Shown piece after piece: positions 43,497 through 51,684 of a stretch of DNA of 64,000 nucleotides (position 1 is the stretch's first letter; every line of letters starts with the position of its first letter). The DNA is taken from assembly GCA_963778155.1 (NCBI GenBank), contig CAVZTK010000006.1, positions 791,962 to 855,961 on the forward strand. The letters are read 5' to 3'. The notes under the pieces were generated by a model that was not told the origin of the DNA, did no database searches, and was given only the letters and a program-made list of their open reading frames with translations. The stretch is from an uncultured Chloroflexia bacterium. Its GTDB lineage: Bacteria > Chloroflexota > Limnocylindria > Limnocylindrales > CSP1-4. The translations under genes were made by a program, and so were the position numbers.

Positions 43497-44825
43497 ATGA
43501 GCCGACGACGGACGCTGGCCGTGGGGGCCGGGATCGCGGCCACGACGGCGGCCATGCGCCGGCGCAAGACACGCGTGCCGACCGACCCGTTCGACCCGGA
43601 CGCGGTCAGGGCCGAGACGGCCGCGGTGCGCACCGCCGAGCTCGTCGCCCGCCCGCAGGTCCGTCGCGCGGACCTGGCCCTCACGTTCGCGCCGGCGATC
43701 GCGACCGCGGTCGACCCCCTGCTCCACGGCCATCGCTACTTCCCGCGCATCCTCGAGGACATCGCGTCCGCCAAGGACCACGTCCACCTGCTCATCTATG
43801 GCTACAAGCCGGGCGACATCGGGACCACGTTCCTCGAAGCGCTATCGGCCAAGGTGGCGGAGGGCGTCGAGGTCCGGCTGGCGGTCGACGCCATCGGCAG
43901 CGAGGTCGACCTCGGCAGCAAGGACCTGTTCCGCCAGCTGCGCGAGGCAGGCATCGAGGTCATCGCTCACGACGGCATCGTGGTACTGCGCAAGGGCGAG
44001 CTCGGGGCGCAGCATTTCCAGCCGCATGCCGAGGACCTTCTCCATTTCGACCACCGCAAGATGGTCGTGGTCGACGGCCGGGTCGGCTACGTCGGCGGCA
44101 GCGGCATCGAGGACCATTACAACGACGAGCGGTTCTACGACGTCATGTGCCGGGTCGAGGGGCCGATCGTCGCGCAGCTGGCCGCCGTCTTCCTGATCAG
44201 CTGGCGCAACAACGGCGGCGCCGCCCCCGGGGACCCGGCGCTCCTGCGCTACTTCCCGCCGGCGATGCTGGCCGTCGCCCCGGACGCCCCGTTCCACGCC
44301 CCGACGACGGTCCTGTGGAACGTGCCGGGTACCGGCCACCATCCGATCAGCGACACGATCGAGCGGGCGCTGGAGGATGCCGCCACCGAGATCCACATCG
44401 TCAACCCGTACATCTCCAACCGGGCGATCCTCGAACGGATCCTCGAGGCGGCTCTTCGGGGCGTGCGGGTCCGCCTGATCGCCCCGGGCAAACCGACCCC
44501 GCCCTACCCTGCCGCGGCCTTCCGGCACTGGTACGGCCGGCTGATGGACGCCGGCGTGGAGATCCTGCTCCACCCCGAGATGGCACACGCCAAGGTGCTG
44601 CGCATCGACGAGCAGGTCCTCATCGGGGGCTGCAACCTTGACGACCTGTCGCTCTTCCGCAACGACGAGCTCGACCTGCTGTTCGCGGACCCGGCCGTGG
44701 CCGATCTGACCGAACGCCAGATCTTCGATGAGCTCGTCGGGATGTCCACCCCTGCCAGCGCAACGACGGCGGCGCGGCAGCGGGTCTGGAACGCCGCGAT
44801 GGACCGCGTGTCGCGGTTCCTCTGA
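43497..44825 (+). CDS. Phospholipase D family protein (cardiolipin-synthase-like)
   Basis: ATG at 43497, in frame with track ORF 42768..44825. There are two HKD motifs: HFDHRKMVVVDGRVGYVGGSGI and MAHAKVLRIDEQVLIGGCNL. Confidence 0.85.
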   Translation: MSRRRTLAVGAGIAATTAAMRRRKTRVPTDPFDPDAVRAETAAVRTAELVARPQVRRADLALTFAPAIATAVDPLLHGHRYFPRILEDIASAKDHVHLLIYGYKPGDIGTTFLEALSAKVAEGVEVRLAVDAIGSEVDLGSKDLFRQLREAGIEVIAHDGIVVLRKGELGAQHFQPHAEDLLHFDHRKMVVVDGRVGYVGGSGIEDHYNDERFYDVMCRVEGPIVAQLAAVFLISWRNNGGAAPGDPALLRYFPPAMLAVAPDAPFHAPTTVLWNVPGTGHHPISDTIERALEDAATEIHIVNPYISNRAILERILEAALRGVRVRLIAPGKPTPPYPAAAFRHWYGRLMDAGVEILLHPEMAHAKVLRIDEQVLIGGCNLDDLSLFRNDELDLLFADPAVADLTERQIFDELVGMSTPASATTAARQRVWNAAMDRVSRFL

Positions 44826-44890
44826 CCGAGCGTGCAGCACGAACCGTGCAGGCGCATCATGGACGACCGTCAAAGCGAAAGGGAGTCGAA

Positions 44891-45313
44891 ATGACCGTGG
44901 GTCCCGTTGATTACATCGCGATCGCGTTTCCGGGAAACAAGTTCTCCGGCGCGATCATCCCCGAGATCAAGCGGCTGCAGGATTCGGGGACGATCCGCAT
45001 CCTCGACATGGTGATCATCACGAAGGACGGCGACGGGAACGTCGCCGCCGTCGAGATGCAGGATGCCGGTCCGGAAGAAGCCGCCGCGCTGGCATCCCTC
45101 GGGATCGAGGGCCAGAACCTGCTCGGCCAGGAGGACTTCGAGGACTTCGGCGAAGCGCTGGATCCGAACTCGACGTGTGGGCTCCTCGTCTGGGAGAACG
45201 CCTGGGCGGCTCCCTTCGTCGAGGCGGTCCGTGGTGCCGACGGCATCCTGCTCGCCTCCGGCCGGATCCCGGCGGATGTCATCGAAGACACGATGGCCTC
45301 CGCCGTCTCCTGA
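44891..45313 (+). CDS. DUF6325-like small soluble protein
   Basis: GGGAG SD and ATG at 44891. MTVGPVDYIAIAFPGNKFSGAIIPEIKRLQDSGTIRILDMVIITKDGDG. From my memory of such loci, this family is typically followed by a SHOCT gene, as it is here. Confidence 0.65.
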   Translation: MTVGPVDYIAIAFPGNKFSGAIIPEIKRLQDSGTIRILDMVIITKDGDGNVAAVEMQDAGPEEAAALASLGIEGQNLLGQEDFEDFGEALDPNSTCGLLVWENAWAAPFVEAVRGADGILLASGRIPADVIEDTMASAVS

Positions 45314-45355
45314 CCCGACCCTCGACACGATCGCTGAGCGAAAGGAGATCACACG

Positions 45356-45643
45356 ATGATGCGACGCAGAGGCGGCCTCGTTCGGATGGCCGCGACCACC
45401 GCCGTCGTGGCCGGGACGGCCGGGGCCGTCAGCCACCATCAGCAGCAGAAGTACGCAAATCAGGCGGCTGAGCAGCAGACGGCTGCCGAAGCCGCGGCGC
45501 CGCCGCAGTACGCGCGCTCCGGCTCGGCCGCAGCGGAGGACCCGCAGACGGCGCAGCTCGAGAAGCTCGCCCAGCTCCATGCCCAGGGCATCCTGACCGA
45601 CGACGAATACGCGTCGGCCAAGGCGAAGGCCCTCGGGATCTGA
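45356..45643 (+). CDS. SHOCT-domain small protein (paralog 2)
   Basis: GAAAGGAGA SD and ATGATG at 45356. The N-terminus (MMRRRGGLVRMAATTAVVAGTAGAVSHHQQQKYANQ) and C-terminus (EDPQTAQLEKLAQLHAQGILTDDEYASAKAKALGI) are nearly identical to the protein at 38000. Confidence 0.8.
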   Translation: MMRRRGGLVRMAATTAVVAGTAGAVSHHQQQKYANQAAEQQTAAEAAAPPQYARSGSAAAEDPQTAQLEKLAQLHAQGILTDDEYASAKAKALGI

Positions 45644-45733
45644 CCTTCGCGCCGGGTTTGCCGGCGCCTTCCAGGACCAGTCTGACGACGCGGTCGGGCT
45701 CGGCTTCGGCCGGCTCGTCCGCGTCGTTCGGTG

Positions 45734-46833
45734 TCAGCCTCCGGTCGGCGCCGCGTTCGCGACCAGGTCGGCGGATTCGGCGGCGGGAGGGGTCGGATCG
45801 ACGATCTCGACCGGCCCCGTGTCAAGGACGCGCAGGACCGTCCGCCAGACCGCCGCGACGACGCCGAGGAACGGGACCACGAGGAACATCCCGATGACCC
45901 CGGCGACCTCGTTCCCCGCCGGGATGGCCACCAGGACGACGGCCGGGTGGATGCTCACGACCCGGCTGTAGACGATCGGCGCCACGATGTTGCCCTGGAC
46001 GATGTTGAACACGATGGTGAAGATCGCCATGATCGCGATGTCCTGCGGCGATCCCGGTCGCGACGGTCACGAGGAACGCCAGGGCGGTCGTGAAGAGCGA
46101 GCCGATGTACGGGATGAACCCGCCGAAGACCGCCAGGACCGCGAGCGGCAGGGCGAACGGGATGCCGAGGATGACCATGATCAGGAACTGGGTGGCAGCC
46201 CCGAAGATCGAGATGGCCCCGGTCCCCAGCATGTAGCCGCCGAGCACATCGAACGCCCGCTGGCCGGCCACCGCCACATGCGATCGTCGGCCCGGCTCGA
46301 CACGGCGCGAGGAACGCCTGCCAGAAGGCGCCGCCGTCGCGCATGAAGTAGAACGTCAGGAGCGTCGCCAGGAGCAGGATCACGGCGATCCCCGCCAGCG
46401 TCGACAGCACCCCCGCGATGGTGACCAGGACGCCGGTCCCGAACGTCTGGACGAGCGTGACCAGGATCCCGGCCTGGCCGCCCGTGCTGCCGTCGGCTGA
46501 GCTGGAGCCGGCGATCGCGCTGTTGATCATGTCGCTGATCGGTGGCGCGAGCGAGACCAGCGTCAGTCCGACGATGACGATGATCCCGACGGCCGCCCCG
46601 AGCGTCGCGCCGATGGCGGCTCGATCGTGGCTCCAGCCGCGCCGCTCGAGTGTTTCGGCGAGAGGCGCGAGGGTGGCTGCCAGCACGACCCCGAGGACCA
46701 CCGGGATGACGACGATCGGCACCTGCACGACGGCGTCGATGAAGACCCCGAGCAGGCCGATCGAGACGAGCAGACGCCAGCTCCACTGGCCGAGCCGATC
46801 GAGCCAGACCGGCACCATCGGGTTGCTCGACAT
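45734..46833 (-). pseudogene. AI-2E (PerM/YhhT) family transporter, downstream paralog, two frame breaks
   Basis: ATG at 46833 (MSSNPMVPVWLDRLGQWSWRLLVSIGLLG...). It continues ...FYFMRDGGAFWQAFLA|RVEPGRRSHVAVAGQRAFDVLGGYMLG...GGFIPYIGSLFTTALAFLVTVATG|SPQDIAIMAIFTIVFNIVQGNIVAPIVY. Breaks lie at 46304-46305 and 46053-46055. Confidence 0.8.
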
Positions 46834-47909
46834 CGCCTGCGTCTCAGGTCCGAGACCCAGGACGGACACGAGGGCACCGGCGATGGCGAGCGCGAAGGCG
46901 ACGACCGGGATGGCCACGAACAGGCCGATGATGCCGGCCAGGGCCGCGCCGGCCGGCAGCGCGATGAGCACGAGCGCCGGATGGATGTGGACGGTCCGGT
47001 GGTACACGATCGGCGCAAGGAACTTGCCCTGGATCACGTTCAGGATGGTGATCAGGACGAGCAGCACGATGGCCGCGGTCTGACCGGCGCTGGACAGCGT
47101 CGCGAACAGCAGGATGATCGTCGTGACCAGGCCGCCGATGTACGGGATGAACCGGCCGAAGAAGACGATGACGCCGAGCGCCGGAGCATTGGGGACCCCG
47201 AGGAGGAACAGGAACAGCGCCTCGAAGAACCCGTCGACGGCGGCGATCACGGCGGTGCCGCGCAGGTAGCCACCGACCCGCTCGAGGGCGACGTCGCCGG
47301 CGGTCTCGATCGCTCTCGCGCCGCCAGCTCTTGGCCGAGGACATCACCCAGCCCCACGCCTTGTCCCCGTCCATCATGAAGAAGAACGTCAGGAAGGTGG
47401 CCAGGATCGCCACGGTCGCGACCGTGGCGACGGTGCTGGCCAGCCCGGAGATCTCGCTCGGAGATCCAGTCCTGGAGCCCCTTCGTCGCGTGGTCGATGG
47501 CGGCGCCGACCTCGGGCGGGAGGTCCAGGCTCGCGAGCACGTCCTTGAGGCGCGCGACGCCGCCGGTGATGCCATCGATGACGCTGGTGATGGCCGGCAG
47601 GAAGGCGATCACGATGATCACGATCGTGGCGATGATCACGGCCATGGCCCCGACGAAGACCGCCGCCGCGGCCTTGATCCTCGACCAGCCGCGATCGCGC
47701 AGAGCCAGCACGAATGGCGCGAAGGTCGCGGCCACGATGGCCGCCACCAGGACCGACGCCGTCACCGTCCCGAGAAGGACGGCGATGTAGATGAGCACGA
47801 GACCCAGCGCGATCGTGGCGAGCAGCCGCCACCCGACGGCGGCGAGTCGCTGCAGCCAGCCGGGGACGAGCCCGTTGTCCCCGGGCATCGCCGGTGAGAT
47901 CTCGGTCAT
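46834..47909 (-). pseudogene. AI-2E (PerM/YhhT) family transporter, upstream paralog, two frame breaks and no stop before the next gene
   Basis: ATG at 47909 (MTEISPAMPGDNGLVPGWLQRLAAVGWRLLATIALG...). The middle reads ILATFLTFFFMMDGDKAWGWV. The C-terminal part reads GYLRGTAVIAAVDGFFEAL...FFGRFIPYIGGLV...NVIQGKFLAPIVYHR. Breaks lie near 47447-47462 and 47305-47325. As given, the frame runs straight into the ATG at 46833. Confidence 0.75.
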
Positions 47910-48102
47910 GTCCCCTCACCGCTCCTGGTGACGCCACCCGGCGGGCGGCGAGAGGAGTCTACCTGACCGGATTGCCGACCTTCGGGGGTCGGGCGCCCGG
48001 GATGAGGGGCTGTGCCAGACTCGTCGCGGACACTCGGCGGCGCATATGGGACGATGGGAACCACCCATCCGCACCCCGCCCAGTTCGCCATGGAGGATCC
48101 AG

Positions 48103-48546
48103 ATGTCAGCTATCCGACGCGCCGAGGCGGCCTGGTCCGGCCCCCTCACGACCGGGTCCGGCACCGTCAGTGCCGTGTCGTCGGGATCGTTCACGGATCT
48201 GCCCGTGTCCTGGGCGGCCCGCACCGAGGCGCCCGGTGGCAAGACGAGCCCCGAGGAGCTCCTGGCGGCCGCCCACGCGGCCTGCTTCGAGATGGCGCTG
48301 TCGGGGGCGCTCGGCCGGGCGGGGACCCCGCCGGACCGGCTCGACGTCACGGCCGAGGTGACGTTCGACAAGCTCGACGCCGGCTGGCGCGTCGTGTCGA
48401 GCGCGCTCACCGTGCGTGGCGTGGTCCCGGGCATGTCCGCGGCGGACTTCATCGCCGCCGCCGAGGCCAACAAGGACGGCTGCCCGATCAGCGTCGCGCT
48501 GGGCGGCAACGTCGCGCTCAGCGTCGAGGCGACGCTCGAAAGCTGA
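48103..48546 (+). CDS. OsmC/Ohr family peroxiredoxin-like protein
   Basis: GGAGGA SD and ATG at 48103. KTSPEELLAAAHAACFEMAL and EANKDGCPISVAL carry the two conserved Cys. Confidence 0.85.
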   Translation: MSAIRRAEAAWSGPLTTGSGTVSAVSSGSFTDLPVSWAARTEAPGGKTSPEELLAAAHAACFEMALSGALGRAGTPPDRLDVTAEVTFDKLDAGWRVVSSALTVRGVVPGMSAADFIAAAEANKDGCPISVALGGNVALSVEATLES

Positions 48547-48559
48547 CCAGGCCGTCCGT

Positions 48560-48578
48560 CGCCGGGCGTGGCCCGGCG
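48560..48578. terminator. Short GC hairpin between convergent genes
   Basis: CGCCGGGC-GTG-GCCCGGCG forms a perfect 8-bp stem between the stops at 48546 and 48586. Confidence 0.4.
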
Positions 48579-48585
48579 GCGGAGG

Positions 48586-50178
48586 TCATGAGGACGGGAT
48601 GACGCCCACGTTGAACCACCGGTCGTCGCCGAGGACCTGGCGCATGACGAACATCGAGGCGAACGGCGCGTCCTGGCGCGACTGGAGCGCACCGCTCGCG
48701 TCGTAGGTCTCCTCGGTCCTGGTGCCCGTCGCCTGGAACGCCATGCCCAGACCCGTCTGCGACTTCAGCAGCTTGACCGTGAGGAAGAGGCTGTCGAAGT
48801 GGTAGCGCTCGATCGTCGTCCGGCCGGTCGTCCTGGCCTGGTCGAGGTCGGTCTGCAGCTCCTTGAGCCGATCGCCGTGGTCGATCGCGGGCAGGAGGCT
48901 CGCATCGCCGTGCAGGAGCGCTTCGTTCTCGGCGGCCAGGTTGCGCGCGAGGGTGAGCGCCAGCGCAGGCGCCTGCTCGCGAACGCGGTCGGCGTTCCAT
49001 GACGTGACCGACGGGTCGATCGAGACGGCCGGGATCGAGGCCGCCTCGACCCGGAGTGACGGGTCGAGGTAGACGACGCCCTCCGTCGCGCCGGCGATGG
49101 TCCGCGCGGGCGATCCGGCGAGGACGATCCCGGCACCGAACGCGATGAGCACCCCGACGGTGAGGCCGCCCAGAGCCACCTTCCGGAGCGGACTCCCTCC
49201 GGTCGCCCCGATCCCCGCGAGGTGACGCGCGTACGGGACCAGCCGGTCGAGCTCGGAGCGAGGGGCCGGCAGGAACCGGTCGAAGACCGGTCGGAGCGCG
49301 CACATCGCCACGAGGCTCGCGAGGAGGCCGACCTTGGCCCCGAATTCAGTCGTCTGGGGGGCGATGAACAACGTGCTCGTGATCCCGACCGAGGCCGCGA
49401 ACAGGATCCGCCCGACGTTCCCGGCCGGGATGGTCTTGGGGTCCGTGAGCATGAAGAACAGGAAGATCAGCACCTCCGGGGAGGTCAGGATCGTCCGCCA
49501 GAAATCGGCCCCGCAGACCGGCCCGAACGCCCAGTCCGTGGTCATGCAGTGACCGGAAGCGGCCAGGCCGCCGATCCCGATCGCGAGGGTCAGCCAGTAG
49601 GTCGCAGCCATCGCGAGGAGGTGAAGCCGGCGGGTGATGAGCGTCCCGCCGACGATGATGATCGCGTAGGCGAGGACCAGCCAGCCATCGAGCGGACCCC
49701 ACCAGAAATCGAGCGGCTGCACCCGCTCGACGCCGAGCAGCAGGAACGCGGCGACCAGGCCGAGGTTCGACGGGTTGAACACATGCGAGCCGCGGTACTG
49801 GATGACGTACTTGGTGAGCAGCGCTGCCCCGGCGACGATGGCGAAGATGTACAAGTCGTTGGTGCCCCACGGGTCGCCGACCTTCGTGTCGGTCGTTCGG
49901 AGGATCAGGGCCACGCCGCTGCCGGTCAGCATCGCGCTCGCCGGCCACACCAACGCCCCCTTCGAGCGCAGGGTGAGCGCGACCTCGATGACCGCGCAGG
50001 TCAGGATGGCGGCCAGGATCTGCGGGATCGTGACCCGGAACTGGAGCCCGAGCTGCCCCAGGATGTGGATCGAGATGATGCAGGCTGCGACGTGGAGGCG
50101 CGGGTCCCGGATGCTCGGCAGGACGACCGGATACCGCCGCGCGCCGAGCGTGAGCGCCCGGCTCGTCGCAGCGGTCAA
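48586..50178 (-). CDS. RnfD/NqrB-like polytopic membrane protein with large C-terminal non-membrane domain (orphan)
   Basis: Intact 530 aa. The TTG start overlaps the upstream stop (TTGA). HVFNPSNLGLV and LIFLFFMLTDPKTIP resemble the NqrB/RnfD family. The last roughly 210 aa are hydrophilic. Confidence 0.65.
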   Translation of the reverse strand: MTAATSRALTLGARRYPVVLPSIRDPRLHVAACIISIHILGQLGLQFRVTIPQILAAILTCAVIEVALTLRSKGALVWPASAMLTGSGVALILRTTDTKVGDPWGTNDLYIFAIVAGAALLTKYVIQYRGSHVFNPSNLGLVAAFLLLGVERVQPLDFWWGPLDGWLVLAYAIIIVGGTLITRRLHLLAMAATYWLTLAIGIGGLAASGHCMTTDWAFGPVCGADFWRTILTSPEVLIFLFFMLTDPKTIPAGNVGRILFAASVGITSTLFIAPQTTEFGAKVGLLASLVAMCALRPVFDRFLPAPRSELDRLVPYARHLAGIGATGGSPLRKVALGGLTVGVLIAFGAGIVLAGSPARTIAGATEGVVYLDPSLRVEAASIPAVSIDPSVTSWNADRVREQAPALALTLARNLAAENEALLHGDASLLPAIDHGDRLKELQTDLDQARTTGRTTIERYHFDSLFLTVKLLKSQTGLGMAFQATGTRTEETYDASGALQSRQDAPFASMFVMRQVLGDDRWFNVGVIPSS

Positions 50179-50792
50179 CGCGGAACGGAGGTGACCGCGG
50201 GGGAGCTGTAGCCGAAGTCGGCGATCTCGGCCGCTCGCGGGCGGTAGGCCTCGGCACTCGGCGCGGTCCTGGCCCGGAAGCCATCGACCATCCGGTTGTA
50301 CATCGAGAATGCCGCGGCGATCAGGACCGCGAGCTGGACGTCGGCGTCGGTCGCACCCGCGTCGAGGGCCGTGTCCACGTCGCCTCGGGTCAGGTCACGA
50401 GGCTCTCGCCGGACGGTCCGCGAGATATGCAGCAAGGCCTGCATCTTCGGATCGAAGCCCTCCGACGATCCGATCTTGATCTGGTCGATCAGTGCCAGTC
50501 GATCCTGCTCGCCGGTCTTCTCGAGCAGGGCACTCGCGAATGCCCCGTGGGAGTCCATGCAGTAAAAGCAGTCGTTGGCGGCCGACACCGCGGTCGCGAG
50601 CATCTCGCGCTCCGCCCGGACGAGCGTGGTCCCGGGGAAGTCGTTGACCAGGAGCTCGTCGGCCAGGCCGCGGAGGTGGACCCCGAGGCCGGGTGTCAGC
50701 CGGATCGCGGCAAGGATGCCCGGAACGTCCGGCAGGCTGCCGACGATCGGATCCTCCTGTGAGCGCGAGAGTCGTTCGTCGTCGCGAGCCAT
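50175..50792 (-). CDS. Carboxymuconolactone decarboxylase / AhpD-like peroxidase-related protein
   Basis: ATG at 50792 after a GAAGGGGG SD. VSAANDCFYCMDSHG carries the CxxC motif typical of AhpD-like proteins. Confidence 0.8.
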   Translation of the reverse strand: MARDDERLSRSQEDPIVGSLPDVPGILAAIRLTPGLGVHLRGLADELLVNDFPGTTLVRAEREMLATAVSAANDCFYCMDSHGAFASALLEKTGEQDRLALIDQIKIGSSEGFDPKMQALLHISRTVRREPRDLTRGDVDTALDAGATDADVQLAVLIAAAFSMYNRMVDGFRARTAPSAEAYRPRAAEIADFGYSSPAVTSVPR

Positions 50793-50889
50793 GGAGCCCC
50801 CTTCAAGGTGTCCGGTGAGTCGGTCGAGGAAGGATGATACGGAGGCCGGCCGGTTCACGCACGTGGCGCCGCTCCGTTGGCCCGCGATG

Positions 50890-51549
50890 CTACGCGGTCG
50901 CGACGCCTCCCGGTACGGCACGGGACGGCGACGGCAACGACGCTGCGCCGAGGAGGAGCTCGACGATCGCCGATGCCCGGCGCTCGAGATCGGCCGGCCG
51001 GTAGGCGTCGCCGGCCTCGATCCGCTGGAGCAGGAGTCCGTCCAGGAGCGCCAGGAAGCCCCTGGTCACCGCGTCGACATCGAGCCACGCGGGCAGCTCA
51101 CCGCTGATCACGCCCTGGCGCAGGAGGAGCTGGCCGGCGCCGGCCAGGCGTTCCCGCCGACCGGCCAGCATCTCGCGGACGCCGGGCTCGCGGTCAGCCT
51201 CGGCCCAGGCCTGGACGAGCGAGACCTGGCCCGGGTCGCCGTCGTAGTCGTCGATGGTTTCGACATAGAGACGGATGGCGATGGCCAGCCGCTCGGCGGT
51301 GGTGGTCGCGTGCGCGAGCCGGCCGGCCAGCTCGTCGAGACCCCGGGCCGCGATCCCATCACAGGCGAGCCGGATCAGCTCGTCCTTGCCGCTGAAGTAG
51401 GTGTAGATGGCGCCCACCGACAGTCCGCTCTCGCGGACGACGTCGGCGATGGTCGAGCTGTGATAGCCCTTCTCGGCGAAGACCCGCGCGGCAGCGGCGA
51501 GGATCCGATCGCGAACCTCCTGCTCATGGGCGGCACTGACACGCGGCAC
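50890..51549 (-). CDS. TetR/AcrR family transcriptional regulator
   Basis: Intact 219 aa. The N-terminal helix-turn-helix reads RDRILAAAARVFAEKGYHSSTIADVVRESGLSVGAIYTYFSGKDEL. Confidence 0.9.
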   Translation of the reverse strand: MPRVSAAHEQEVRDRILAAAARVFAEKGYHSSTIADVVRESGLSVGAIYTYFSGKDELIRLACDGIAARGLDELAGRLAHATTTAERLAIAIRLYVETIDDYDGDPGQVSLVQAWAEADREPGVREMLAGRRERLAGAGQLLLRQGVISGELPAWLDVDAVTRGFLALLDGLLLQRIEAGDAYRPADLERRASAIVELLLGAASLPSPSRAVPGGVATA

Positions 51550-51620
51550 GTCGACTCCTAAAACGAATGCTCCTTCTTCGCAATGTATCCCACTCTCGTG
51601 CTGTTCGCAACCGTCCTAGC

Positions 51621-51650
51621 TTGACAAAAAGAATGACCATTCTCTATATT
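51621..51650 (+). promoter_or_regulatory. Candidate MMPL promoter with embedded palindromic operator
   Basis: TTGACA (51621-51626), an 18-nt spacer, then TATATT (51645-51650). The spacer contains the perfect inverted repeat AGAATG-AC-CATTCT (51630-51643). This is a strikingly AT-rich stretch between the divergent TetR and MMPL genes. Confidence 0.45.
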
Positions 51651-51684
51651 CCCACCCTGAAGACCCGTCCCGAGAGAGGATCCG

